Source: Candidatus Bathyarchaeota archaeon (GTDB lineage: Archaea; Thermoproteota; Bathyarchaeia; Bathyarchaeales; Bathycorpusculaceae). Taken from it: DNA of 64,000 nt. The stretch lies in NCBI GenBank assembly GCA_963785215.1, contig CAWAUU010000033.1:40334-104333 (forward strand), given 5' to 3'. Below the pieces are notes generated by a model, which was given only the letters and a program-made list of their open reading frames with translations, had not been told where the DNA came from and made no database searches. The position numbers and the translations under genes are program-made. Within the stretch, counting starts at the first letter, position 1. Each line of letters begins with the position of its first letter. Below are positions 31,160-41,262 of the stretch, piece after piece.

Positions 31160-32695
31160 TTGACAACTAACAGCATAAATTCGGTTTATAAGCAACTTTT
31201 AGCAAAAACTGAAGATCTAATGGTGCTGCAAACAGCCGAAGGCGTGATCCACTGGGACATGGAAACTATGATGCCCCCAGGAGCGGTAGAGCAACGAAGC
31301 CTACAACTCTCCTTGCTAAGCCGTATTAATCACAAAATGGGCACAGACCCACAAATAGAAAAACTACTCAACGACACACAAGCAAGCCCCGCGTACGAAG
31401 CACTCGGCCAAGCGGAGAAACGCAACATTTACCTAATCAACAAAAGCTACCGAGAACAAATTAGTTTGCCTGAAAAACTCGTGGCTGAGCTTGCCAAGCA
31501 AGAAGCAATAACAGTAAACGTTTGGAAAAAAGCTAAAGCCCAAAAAAACTTCAGCCTCTTCAAAGCGGACTTACAAAAACTTTTAGATTTAAGCAAGCAA
31601 GCGGCAGAAATCCTCATGAAGGTTAAGGAAACTAAAACGCCGTATGAAGCATTGATTGATAATTTTGAGCCTAAAATGACTACGGATCAGATTACGGCAA
31701 CATTTAATCAACTTCAACAAGGCTTAAAACAGCTAATAAGCAAGATCCAAGCTAGCTCAAACAAGCCAGATACAGCATTACTTTATCAGCCAGTTCCAGC
31801 AGAGAACCAACGCAAAATTGCGCAACTCTTAACAAAAACATTAGGTTACGACACAGCCTCTCCTGCCGCACATGGAAGAATTGATGAGACAGAACACCCT
31901 TTCACCACAGGCTACTACGATGATGTACGCATAACGACCCATTATTACCCAAACAATTATGCTAGCTCAATCTTCTCCGTACTTCACGAGAGTGGACACG
32001 CGCTCTATGAGCAGAACCTCAACCCAAAATGGAAATATCAACCAATAGGCTCCACATGCTCATATGGAATACATGAGTCGCAATCACGCTTTTATGAAAA
32101 CGTAATTGGCCGCTCGAAAGAGTTTTGGACAAGCTTTATGCCTAAACTCAAAAAAGCAGCGCCCACCCTTGTAAACGTTGAATTAGACAAGTTTGTCAGA
32201 GCCATCAACAAGGTTGAGCTCTCAAAAATCCGCATTGAAGCCGACGAGGTAACATACAACTTGCACGTGATTATCCGCTTTGAAATTGAAAGAGACCTTT
32301 TCGCCGATAAAATCGCAGTAAACGAACTCCCTGAGGCTTGGAACCAGAAATATGCTGATTATCTAGGCGTAAAAGTTGAAGATGACTCAGAAGGAGTAAT
32401 GCAGGACACGCACTGGGCAAGCGGCTTATACGGTTATTTCCCAAGCTACGCACTTGGCAACATTTACAGTGGACAAATAACCGCAACCATCACCAAAGAC
32501 CTGCCGGATTGGCGCAATCAACTTGCATTGGGAAAACTAAACCACGTTAATGAATGGCTAAAGAGAAACATTCACAGCCAAGGAGACCTCTATGACCCAG
32601 AAGAACTAATCAAGAAAGCCACTGGAAGAAACCTGAATTCTGAACCGTACCTGCAATACTTAAATGAAAAATACAGTAACATTTACGGATTTTAA
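31160..32695 (+). CDS. Carboxypeptidase, M32 (Taq) family
   Basis: HPF, DVRITT, HESGHALYEQ, HESQS, IRIEADE, GVMQDTHW, GYFPSY. Confidence 0.95.
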   Translation: MTTNSINSVYKQLLAKTEDLMVLQTAEGVIHWDMETMMPPGAVEQRSLQLSLLSRINHKMGTDPQIEKLLNDTQASPAYEALGQAEKRNIYLINKSYREQISLPEKLVAELAKQEAITVNVWKKAKAQKNFSLFKADLQKLLDLSKQAAEILMKVKETKTPYEALIDNFEPKMTTDQITATFNQLQQGLKQLISKIQASSNKPDTALLYQPVPAENQRKIAQLLTKTLGYDTASPAAHGRIDETEHPFTTGYYDDVRITTHYYPNNYASSIFSVLHESGHALYEQNLNPKWKYQPIGSTCSYGIHESQSRFYENVIGRSKEFWTSFMPKLKKAAPTLVNVELDKFVRAINKVELSKIRIEADEVTYNLHVIIRFEIERDLFADKIAVNELPEAWNQKYADYLGVKVEDDSEGVMQDTHWASGLYGYFPSYALGNIYSGQITATITKDLPDWRNQLALGKLNHVNEWLKRNIHSQGDLYDPEELIKKATGRNLNSEPYLQYLNEKYSNIYGF

Positions 32696-32874
32696 GCAGA
32701 CGGCTTCTTAGTCAATTCCTTGTATACATAAATAATAAGATAGGCTGCAATTGCACCGATGAACAGGTAAACGCCCGTATAACCGACAATTGCATTATAA
32801 ATGTTGGCGCCAACGAGGAACAGCAAGAAACCAAGTATGAATATTCCTAAGCATGCCCAGTCAGTCCAAGACAT
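32692..32874 (-). CDS. Small 2-TM membrane protein
   Basis: 60 aa, two hydrophobic helices, GAGG upstream. Confidence 0.65.
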   Translation of the reverse strand: MSWTDWACLGIFILGFLLFLVGANIYNAIVGYTGVYLFIGAIAAYLIIYVYKELTKKPSA

Positions 32875-33036
32875 CCGATTGCCTCATAGGAGGCATTCAA
32901 TAAAACTTCAAGGTATATAGATTTACCGCTGGACCCTTTCCTGTGAGCAAGTTGTTTCGGCTGCCCCAAAGAAAATAAACATTAAACGACAACCTACCGC
33001 TAAAACCACCTCAAACATCCTTAATACTTTTCAACA

Positions 33037-33101
33037 GCTTCCGACATTTTTATATATAAGATAATATACAGAGAGCGCTGAGGCTAAAAAATGTCGGGAG
33101 C
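33037..33101. promoter_or_regulatory. Inverted repeat bracketing the TATA box and start codon of fae-hps
   Basis: GCTTCCGACATTTTT (33037-33051) vs AAAAATGTCGGGAGC (33087-33101), 14/15 complementary; TTTATATA lies at ~33049-33056. Confidence 0.55.
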
Positions 33102-34533
33102 AGATGTTAAAAAGCCAGAAACTCGAGAAGAATTCATAAAAACATTGACCGAAGCAGCAAAAAAAGAAGTTGGCTCAAAAAATAAGCCGACAAAACCGAC
33201 AATCGTCGGAACAGCAAAAGAATTGGAGATCCACAGAGATACACTTTACACGTGGTTAAAAGAGTTTAATGTCGATTTTAAAGAGATTGTTGATCGCACG
33301 CCGACAACAGTTGCAGACGCCCCAGATGAGAATTCAGGAAGCACTTACTTAATCGGCGAATCTCTGGTCGGAGAAGGAAACGAAGTTGCACATATCGACC
33401 TGATGATAGGTGACAAGAATGGCCCAGTGGGTCAAGCATTCGCTAATGGCATGACAAGTTTATCAGCCGGTCATACACCACTGCTGGCAGTCATAAGACC
33501 GAACTTACCGCCGAAACCCCACACGCTAATAGTGCCTAAAGTAACCATTAAGAACATGGAGGACACAGGAAAAATTTTTGGACCCGCACAAGCAGCAGTT
33601 GCCAAAGCTATCGCTGATTCTGTAGAGGAAGGAATTATCCCCGCAGACAAACTTGATGACTGGGTTATAATTTGCAGCGTGTTTGTTCATCCGCAAGCAA
33701 GCGATTACCGAAGAATATACCAGTATAATTACGGCGCAACAAAAATGGCGCTTCAACGAGCATTAAAGAAGTATCCATCACTGGAAAAGATAATTTATGA
33801 GAAAGACCGCTCTAAGCACCCAATAATGGGCTTCAAAGTTCCACGCTTATGGAGACCCCCATACCTACAGATTTCTATGGATGCACCTGAGCTTGAGAAA
33901 ACCAAAAAAATCCTCGCTCAACTTCCAGGAAGTGACAGAATCATCATTGAAGCCGGAACACCACTAATCAAACGCTATGGAACAAGAGTAATCAGCGACC
34001 TGAGACAAGTAGCGAAAGACGCGTTCATTGTTGCAGACCTAAAAACACTTGACGTTGGAAAAGTCGAAGTAGACATAGCCTACGAAGACACCGCAGACGC
34101 AGTGGTTGCTGCTGGACTTGCGCCTCCTGAAACTCTTGATGCGTTCGTTCATGAAGCCAAAAGACTTGGAATATACGCTGTCATAGACATGCTAAATGTT
34201 GAAGATGTTCTCGGAAAACTTAAATCGCTAAAAGAGTTCCCAGACGTCGTCATATTGCACAGAGGAATAGATCAAGAAAGCGGAAGAACCTGCGGACTTG
34301 AACGCATAAAAATAATACGCCAAGCGTTCCCAAACAAAAAATTCCTAATCGCAGTTGCAGGCGGAATAGTACCAGAAACAGCCAAAGAAGCTTTAGAGCA
34401 AGGTGCTGACATCCTAATCGTCGGAAGATACGTTACACAATCAAAAGACATTGAACGCTCAGTAAGAGACTTCCTTGAGCTAACACCAAGCATGCGAGAA
34501 GACATCGATCTATTTAGAGTCCACACAGAATAA
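33091..34533 (+). CDS. fae-hps: Bifunctional formaldehyde-activating enzyme/3-hexulose-6-phosphate synthase with an extra N-terminal HTH
   Basis: Fae: [45 protein letters not shown]. Hps: [37 protein letters not shown]-terminal [19 protein letters not shown]. Confidence 0.92.
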   Translation: MSGADVKKPETREEFIKTLTEAAKKEVGSKNKPTKPTIVGTAKELEIHRDTLYTWLKEFNVDFKEIVDRTPTTVADAPDENSGSTYLIGESLVGEGNEVAHIDLMIGDKNGPVGQAFANGMTSLSAGHTPLLAVIRPNLPPKPHTLIVPKVTIKNMEDTGKIFGPAQAAVAKAIADSVEEGIIPADKLDDWVIICSVFVHPQASDYRRIYQYNYGATKMALQRALKKYPSLEKIIYEKDRSKHPIMGFKVPRLWRPPYLQISMDAPELEKTKKILAQLPGSDRIIIEAGTPLIKRYGTRVISDLRQVAKDAFIVADLKTLDVGKVEVDIAYEDTADAVVAAGLAPPETLDAFVHEAKRLGIYAVIDMLNVEDVLGKLKSLKEFPDVVILHRGIDQESGRTCGLERIKIIRQAFPNKKFLIAVAGGIVPETAKEALEQGADILIVGRYVTQSKDIERSVRDFLELTPSMREDIDLFRVHTE

Positions 34534-34573
34534 ACTTGAACCCGAGCCAAAAGCTCGCTCTATCTTTTTCTTT

Positions 34574-35818
34574 TTAGTCAGCCCTGTTATGGGAAAACAG
34601 TTTTAGAGTTATAAAGGCAGCTAAGAAAATCACAGCTGTAATTAGGAAAGCTGGAAGATAATTCAAGCTATAAGCAAGGAAAGGCCCAAGGAAAGCGCCT
34701 ATTGCTGCTCCTAAACCGACAAGCCCATCGAAAAAGCCAGCTTTTCCTTGAGGTATAAGCTCCATTGACAAGGAAAGCATCATAATGTAATACATGGCGT
34801 ATGCGAATCCGATAAAAATTAGCAGAATCCCAGTCATAATTGTAGGCGCAAAAGCAAACCAAATAACAGCGACGAGCGCAAAGATTAGTAGACTACGTAA
34901 AAGCACAAAGCGCGGCATCTGTTTCCTTATATTCATCGATTGTGCTCTTCCACGGATCAAGAAATAGCCTGTTGTCGCTCCAATAGAGTTCAAGATGTAC
35001 GCTACATAAACCATGCTTGTCGGCAACCCTAAACCTTCTTTTAGAAATATTGGCAGAGGTGTGAAGAAGAGGCTTGTTGCAAGAGCAAACATAACTATCG
35101 CGAAGGCAAAGCGTAGAAAACTGTCCTCTTTTAGTGGACCATCCAAGCGCTGTCCATCCATAAGCCTAGATGAGGATTCCACGCCACGATAGGTAAAATC
35201 TATCTTTCTCTCTATGCTTACTAAACGTCTTTCAAAAATCATCAAGGGATCAGCAATCAGCGCAAAGGCCAGTACGAATGCAACGACGCTTAAAGCGCTA
35301 CAAAGGTAAAGGGTGTAAGTTGCCAAGATAGAAAAGCTAAGACTAGATGCAAACATGAATAGCCCGATCGTTAAACCAACAATGAAGCCAATTTCTGTGA
35401 GACCTTCATAGAACCCGAAAGATTTCTCCCAATCAATGCGACTATAATGCTCTGTGACAAGCACATTTTTCGGCGATTCATGCGCCACATGAAGCATTTG
35501 CATGACAACATACAAGACAACAAAAATGATTAGATTCTGAGCAAATGGAAGCGTCATGAGGAAAAGAATTATAGCTATTGAAGCGAAAGAAAGAAGAATA
35601 AACACTTTGTAGTGACGGGTGGCATCACAGAGGTATCCCCAGAGAAATGAGGCAGGGATAGAACAGAATATCGCTATTGACATCATGACTCCCAAAGCAA
35701 GCAGCGGTCCACCTAAGATACTGGTATTTTTGAAAACTATCACGTATAGCGGTATGAAGACCGTTAGCAATCCGAACGCCATGTCATGGAAGAAGAACCC
35801 CAACCGCCACATAGCCAA
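34574..35818 (-). CDS. MFS transporter
   Basis: About 12 TM segments; motif-A-like WGYLCDATRHYK. Confidence 0.85.
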   Translation of the reverse strand: MAMWRLGFFFHDMAFGLLTVFIPLYVIVFKNTSILGGPLLALGVMMSIAIFCSIPASFLWGYLCDATRHYKVFILLSFASIAIILFLMTLPFAQNLIIFVVLYVVMQMLHVAHESPKNVLVTEHYSRIDWEKSFGFYEGLTEIGFIVGLTIGLFMFASSLSFSILATYTLYLCSALSVVAFVLAFALIADPLMIFERRLVSIERKIDFTYRGVESSSRLMDGQRLDGPLKEDSFLRFAFAIVMFALATSLFFTPLPIFLKEGLGLPTSMVYVAYILNSIGATTGYFLIRGRAQSMNIRKQMPRFVLLRSLLIFALVAVIWFAFAPTIMTGILLIFIGFAYAMYYIMMLSLSMELIPQGKAGFFDGLVGLGAAIGAFLGPFLAYSLNYLPAFLITAVIFLAAFITLKLFSHNRAD

Positions 35819-35961
35819 ATGACGACTTCAAAGTTAAATTAAAGCGTTTACCTGAATAATCTAAACTCCCTTAAAAAGTCTGCATTGAGCCAATAAACTT
35901 CATAAATCCTTAATAGAGAGAGCACCCAATTTCATACTCCGCTGGAGAGTTAATCAGCAAA

Positions 35962-36384
35962 ATGGCAAAATTTAAGGTAATAGTATCTGATCCAGAAGCA
36001 GGAACTTCAAAAGTTGTTGAGCTTGAAGAAGCACGGGCAGCACCCTTCATCGGTAGAAGAATTGGGGAAACAATAGACGGCACTGTCGTAGATTTACCAG
36101 CGCATAAAGTGCAAATAAGGGGCGGCTCAGACAAAGACGGCGTCCCAATGAGAGGAAACGTTCATGGTGGTGTCCGCCGAGCCGTGGTTCTTAGCGGTGG
36201 AGCAGGCTTTAGCCCAAAGAAAAAGGGAGAAAGAAGACGCAAAACAGTTCGGGGAAGCACAATAACAGATGAAATTGTTCAGATTAACATGAAAATTGTT
36301 GAAAAACCAGCCGCAAAAGCAACGCTGAAGCTAAAGCTCAACCAGTTGCAAAATAAGCACAAGTTTGATAAAGTGAATGCTTAA
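35962..36384 (+). CDS. rps6e: 30S ribosomal protein S6e
   Basis: FKVIVSDP...IRGGSDKDGVPM...GERRRKTVRG; C-terminal tail possibly frameshifted. Confidence 0.95.
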   Translation: MAKFKVIVSDPEAGTSKVVELEEARAAPFIGRRIGETIDGTVVDLPAHKVQIRGGSDKDGVPMRGNVHGGVRRAVVLSGGAGFSPKKKGERRRKTVRGSTITDEIVQINMKIVEKPAAKATLKLKLNQLQNKHKFDKVNA

Positions 36385-36446
36385 ACCTTATAAACTCCCA
36401 ATAGTTCTTTCATTAATTCATCAAATTTATGTAAAGAGAGAATAAG

Positions 36447-37697
36447 ATGAGTGACACGAGTAAAGCCTTGCCTAAGCAGCCAGAAGTCAACATTGGCACC
36501 ATAGGTCATGTAGACCATGGGAAAACAACGTTGGTGCAAGCGTTAACTGGCGTTTGGGCGTCAAGGCACAGTGAAGAACTAAAAAGAGGCATCACCATAA
36601 AACTGGGCTATGCGGATATGCCTATTTACAAGTGCCCAAAATGTGAGCCGCCCAAAAACTACACAATTAAGCCCTATTGTGAAAACTGTAATTCTGAAGC
36701 AGAATTTGTTCGAGCTATAAGTTTTGTTGACGCACCTGGGCACGAAGCGTTAATGGCCACTATGCTTTCAGGCGCAGCCATTATGGATGGCGCAATTTTG
36801 GTTATTGCAGCTGATGAGCCGTGTCCTCAACCGCAGACACGAGAGCACCTTGCAGCCGCTGAAGTTAGCGGCATAAAGAATCTAATTATTGTTCAGAACA
36901 AGATTGACATTGTAGATGAGAAAAGAGCGCTAGAAAGCTACAAAGAAATCAAAAACTTCATTAAAGGCACAGTAGCGGAAAAGGCGCCGATTATTCCAAT
37001 CTCAGCCCAGCGTGGAATAAACATTGACGTACTCCTGAACGCTATTGAAACAGTTATTCCAACACCGAAAAGAGATGAAACTAAGCCGCCGCTCATGTAC
37101 ATTATCCGCTCATTTGACGTTAACAAACCAGGAACCACTATTGAAGAGCTAGAAGGCGGCATCGTCGGCGGAACAATAGCTCAAGGAAAATTTGTTGTTG
37201 GAGAAGAAATAGAAATTCGCCCAGGCATCAGCGTTGAAAGAGAAGGCAAAACCGTTTACGACCCATTAATCAGCGAAATAGTAAGTTTGCACGCTGGCGA
37301 ACGAAATGTGAAAGAAGCCACATGCGGAGGCTTAGTTGGAGTAGGAACATTACTCGACCCATCCTATTCAAAGGCAGACGGCTTAACAGGCAGCATTGCT
37401 GGAAAAGCAGGAATGCTTCCGCCAACATTAACAGAGCTTACTTTGGAAACACACGTTTTGGAACGCGCAGTGGGAACAAAAGAACTTTTGAAGGTTGAAA
37501 AATTTAATCCCGATGAAGTGTTGCTGCTTCATATAGGTGCAGCTGTAAACGTTGGAAAAATCGTTTCAATAAAGCAAAATGTGATTAAAGTAAAGTTGAC
37601 TAGGCCGATTTGTGCATTGCCAGATTCCAGAGTTGCCATCAGCAGGAAAATTACTGCCCGCTGGAGACTCATTGGATACGGACTTATCGTAAAGTAG
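36447..37697 (+). CDS. eif2g: Translation initiation factor aIF2 gamma
   Basis: QPEVNIGTIGHVDHGKTT, ELKRGITIKLGYA, DAPGHE, NKID, WRLIGYG. Confidence 0.97.
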   Translation: MSDTSKALPKQPEVNIGTIGHVDHGKTTLVQALTGVWASRHSEELKRGITIKLGYADMPIYKCPKCEPPKNYTIKPYCENCNSEAEFVRAISFVDAPGHEALMATMLSGAAIMDGAILVIAADEPCPQPQTREHLAAAEVSGIKNLIIVQNKIDIVDEKRALESYKEIKNFIKGTVAEKAPIIPISAQRGINIDVLLNAIETVIPTPKRDETKPPLMYIIRSFDVNKPGTTIEELEGGIVGGTIAQGKFVVGEEIEIRPGISVEREGKTVYDPLISEIVSLHAGERNVKEATCGGLVGVGTLLDPSYSKADGLTGSIAGKAGMLPPTLTELTLETHVLERAVGTKELLKVEKFNPDEVLLLHIGAAVNVGKIVSIKQNVIKVKLTRPICALPDSRVAISRKITARWRLIGYGLIVK

Positions 37698-37707
37698 GCA
37701 ACTAAGC

Positions 37708-38146
37708 TTATTCCGTCGGTTTTATTATGCCGTTTTTCTTTAGGAAATCGTGCGCTTTTTGCAGTACGTCCTTAGCATTTTTAAAAGTTAGTTTTTCCAT
37801 GGCATGCTGGTAATCTAGCCAAGTATAGCCTATGTGCTCGAAAGACAACTCCACCTTATCGGTGTATGCTTCCATTATGAAGAATACAACTTCTTTATGG
37901 ATTGTTAAGCCTTGTCTCCTGTAAAAGTAAGCGATTACTTCTCTGAAACCATCTAGGAATTGGGCCTCAGTTATGCTTGTTTCCTCTTTTAGTTCACGGA
38001 TAACGGTTTCTTTTTCGCTCTCATTAAGCTTCAACATTGCCCTTAACAAAATCCCAATGCCCCGCTGCATAATTAAGAAGAAGATATTTTGTCGCATCAG
38101 CGTTTTTTATGAATACTACAGCGCCACACGATTTCTCGCGAAGCAT
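37708..38146 (-). CDS. Nudix hydrolase, Ap4A-hydrolase-like (indel near 38025)
   Basis: MLREKSCGAVVF...GHWDFVKGNVE joins NESEKETVIRELKEETSI (Nudix box); LSFEHIGYTW. Confidence 0.85.
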
Positions 38147-38303
38147 ACATTCACCTGACTGTTGCTCAATTCATTTGCTCAAGGTATTTAAACTAATAGT
38201 AATTTTAAGGCTATGCTGCACCTATCAACTGAAATAAAAGTTATGAACGAAATGTTTTAAGCATGCAAAAAATAACTTTTTAAGGAACCAGGAGCCATGC
38301 CAA

Positions 38304-38726
38304 GTGTCAGTTTCAACCAAGAGAAATGAAGCGTTAAAAGTTATCTTAGATTCAAACGCATTATTTGTTCCGCTTGAGTTTAAACTTGATATTTTCGTTG
38401 AAGTCAAGCGTCTGTTAAATCGGAATGTTGATTTTGTTTTGCTTTCGCCTGTTAAACGTGAACTTGAACTGCTAGCCACTAAGGATTCGCCTAAAATTCG
38501 CAGGCAAGCTGTTTACGCGTTGAAGTTTGCTGAAAAATGCAAGTATGTTGCGGTTGATGAAGATGAAAAGCTGTCGACTGACGATGTTATAGTTAAGGTT
38601 GCTAAAGCTTGGAATTCGCCTGTGTTCACCAACGATAGGCAACTACGGAGGAAGCTAAGAGATATAAGTGTGCCAGTGATTTATGTGAGACAAAAATCGC
38701 GTCTAGAGATTGACGGGTTGATATAA
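38304..38726 (+). CDS. PIN-domain protein (Fcf1/Utp24-like)
   Basis: VILDSNAL, ELE, TDDVI, TNDRQLR; canonical position near eif2g and rpoE. Confidence 0.85.
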   Translation: MSVSTKRNEALKVILDSNALFVPLEFKLDIFVEVKRLLNRNVDFVLLSPVKRELELLATKDSPKIRRQAVYALKFAEKCKYVAVDEDEKLSTDDVIVKVAKAWNSPVFTNDRQLRRKLRDISVPVIYVRQKSRLEIDGLI

Positions 38727-38728
38727 CT

Positions 38729-39313
38729 ATGTTTAAGCTCATAACACTACAGGACACTATCCGTATTCCGCCCGAAACCTTCGGCAACCCTTTAGAAAAA
38801 GTTGGTCGTGAACAGGTTAAGCAGAAGTATGAGGGAGTTGTAGATGAGGAATTAGGATACGTCATCGCAGTTACAACTATAGAAGTAAGCCCTATTGGCA
38901 AGATAATTCCCGGCGACGGAGCAACCTATCACAAGGTATCATTTTCTCTGCTAACTTTCTACCCGATAATTCAAGAAGTCGTGGAGGGAGATGTGGTTGA
39001 AATCGCAGATTTCGGCGCTTTCGTACGCATCGGACCAGTAGACGCGTTACTTCATGTTTCACAACTTATGGATGACTACATCTCTTATGATGAAAAACAG
39101 GGAGTATTGCAGGGAAAAGAAACTAAAAGAAAACTAACAGCAGGCGACCAAGTGCGTGTTAGAATAACTGCGGTTTCGCTTGGTAGAGCAGGAAGCTCAG
39201 GAAAAATCGGTGTCACCGCTAGGCAACCGTTCTTAGGTAAACTTGAATGGTTAAAGGAGACAGCTGAGGCGCCTGCAAAGAAACAAGCGGAAAGCAAAGA
39301 AAAAGCTGAGTAA
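38729..39313 (+). CDS. rpoE1: RNA polymerase subunit Rpo7 (E')
   Basis: IRIPPETF, GDGATY, S1 motif FGAFVRIGPVDALLHVSQ, RQPFLGK. Confidence 0.95.
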   Translation: MFKLITLQDTIRIPPETFGNPLEKVGREQVKQKYEGVVDEELGYVIAVTTIEVSPIGKIIPGDGATYHKVSFSLLTFYPIIQEVVEGDVVEIADFGAFVRIGPVDALLHVSQLMDDYISYDEKQGVLQGKETKRKLTAGDQVRVRITAVSLGRAGSSGKIGVTARQPFLGKLEWLKETAEAPAKKQAESKEKAE

Positions 39314-39329
39314 ATGGGAGTGAATTGGA

Positions 39330-39515
39330 ATGAGTGAAAAAGCATGTATTAACTGTCATTTTATAACTAAAGAAAACGTGTGCCCAAAATGCAGGTCCAC
39401 AAGTTTTAGCGAAGACTACAGCGGCTTAGTCGTCATGTTTGACCCTGATAACTCAGTTATTGCAAAAGCCATGAACATAAAAGAGAAAGGCAGATACGCC
39501 TTAAAAGTGCGCTAA
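39330..39515 (+). CDS. spt4: Transcription elongation factor Spt4 (RpoE'')
   Basis: KACINCH...CPKC...SVIAKAMNIKEKGRYALKVR. Confidence 0.95.
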   Translation: MSEKACINCHFITKENVCPKCRSTSFSEDYSGLVVMFDPDNSVIAKAMNIKEKGRYALKVR

Positions 39516-39585
39516 GCAGCTTTTTTAGGCGTAGAACGGTAACTTCATACGACCCTAAAACTGTTTGTTCAATAAGGTTGAAACG

Positions 39586-40136
39586 ATGACTATAGTCTAC
39601 ACTGTAACACCGGAGCTTCGAACGAAATTCAAAGAACCATTCGGCACCTTAATTCAAGGCTCATTTGACGAAACAATGGGTAAAATGAAAGAGTTAGTGG
39701 ATAAAGAGAAGCCGCCGAGAACAATTTCAGTGGGAGATGTAGTTTCCCGCAACCTTCATGAGCACAACATCCACCCACAACTAACAATTATTGACAACTA
39801 AATTTCTCAGAAACCAAAACATGCCCGAAAAAGTCTCAGTAGAAAAAACAGTCCATGTGAATAACCCCCAAGGAACAATCACTGAAGAAGCAATTTCTGC
39901 AATCAAGGAAGCCCTAGAAAAAAATGAGCACACACACATTGTCGTTGACGGGGAGGAAGATTTACTTACACTCATAGCGCGTTTTGTACGCTCCAGAAAA
40001 CTCTTTTGTAGTTTATGGGCAACCGTATTCGGGCATAGTTGTTGTTAAAGTTACTTCAGAAAAAAAGGCTCAGGCTGAGGAATTCCTGAAAGCTATGAAA
40101 CCCTTCGAAAAGCTAAATAGGAAGAAAACTGTATGA
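39586..40136 (+). CDS. GTP-dependent dephospho-CoA kinase (DUF359), frameshifted twice
   Basis: KEPFG, SVGDVV, NPQGTI, VDGEEDLL, YGQP in successive frames. Confidence 0.85.
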
Positions 40137-40159
40137 ACTTACGCCTTAAGTGAATATTA

Positions 40160-40471
40160 ATGCAAATCAAAATAGAATCAACCAAGAATAACCCGCTTCT
40201 GAAAAGGAAAGAAGTAGGCTTCACTATTATTCAAGGTCCAAAAGAAAAAACTCCTCCGAGGCTAGAAGTGAAAAAAGCCCTAGCAATTGAAATGAAAATT
40301 GGCGACGACGTAGTTTTCGTTAAAAGAATGCACACAAAAACGGGAACAAGCATCACGCAAGGAGTTGCTAACGTGTACCAAACAGTTGAGCAGGCTAAAA
40401 TAGTGGAGCCTGAATACATCAGGAAACGTAACAGTCCACCTGAAAAGCCCAAAGAAGAGGCGACAGCATAA
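40160..40471 (+). CDS. rps24e: 30S ribosomal protein S24e
   Basis: NPLLKRKEV...TPPR...VEPEYIRKRN. Confidence 0.92.
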   Translation: MQIKIESTKNNPLLKRKEVGFTIIQGPKEKTPPRLEVKKALAIEMKIGDDVVFVKRMHTKTGTSITQGVANVYQTVEQAKIVEPEYIRKRNSPPEKPKEEATA

Positions 40472-40774
40472 TGTCAAAGAAACCAGCACCGCCGCCAAAG
40501 AAAGAAGACAAACCCGCAGCAGCACCGAAGGAAGAGGCGAAACCAGCGGCAGCCGCTGAAGCAGCGCCAAAACCGCAGAAAGGCTGAGAAAGCAAAACAT
40601 GAAAAGAAGCATCGAGAGGAAAAGGGAGTTCATGCAATGTACAAGGTTGAAGACAACAAGGTTAGCAGAGCACGTCCAACCTGCGAGCGGTGTGGAGCAG
40701 GATACTTCATGGCAGACCACCATGACAGGTACACTTGCGGTCACTGCGGTTTTACTCGTTACAAGCAGAAATAA
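40471..40774 (+). CDS. rps27ae: 30S ribosomal protein S27ae with Lys/Pro/Ala-rich N-terminal extension (indel near 40580)
   Basis: YKVEDNKVSRARPTCERCGAGYFMADHHDRYTCGHCGFT; missed by the ORF track. Confidence 0.9.
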
Positions 40775-40819
40775 ACAGTTTTAAATCTCCCTTTTACGAT
40801 TAGGTTCTGATGACCTGAA

Positions 40820-41248
40820 ATGCTTAGAGTTAACGTTGTGATAACCAGCATTACTGCTGAACGCTTTTGGGATATAAGAAAACCAATCCCGCCAATTCAG
40901 ATAAACACTAACATCAACGTTGTCGGCATGGAAAAGAAACAGGATGAATCTTTGGAAGTACCGTTTGTCCTGTCAATTGCGTTTAATCCATCCATCGCTC
41001 AAATGAGCATAAAAGGAAACGCTTACGTTACAGGCGAGAAAAACGAAGTTGAAAAAGCCCTCAAAGACTACGAACAAAAAAAGCCGCCGCCACAAATAAT
41101 TATCCAATCAGTATCAAACGTTGTATTCATCGAAGCAGTGCTTATATCAAGAATACTGAATATTCCGCCGCCAGTTCCGCTGCCGCAGATTCCTGAAGCT
41201 GGAAAACAGCCAAGCTCTAAGCCTGAAGGAAGAGACTACAGCGCGTAA
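40820..41248 (+). CDS. Conserved archaeal hypothetical protein (possibly SecB-like fold)
   Basis: Beta-rich N-terminus, helix, then LNIPPPVPLP; fold assignment is inference. Confidence 0.6.
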   Translation: MLRVNVVITSITAERFWDIRKPIPPIQINTNINVVGMEKKQDESLEVPFVLSIAFNPSIAQMSIKGNAYVTGEKNEVEKALKDYEQKKPPPQIIIQSVSNVVFIEAVLISRILNIPPPVPLPQIPEAGKQPSSKPEGRDYSA

Positions 41249-41262
41249 CTATTCAATGCTGT

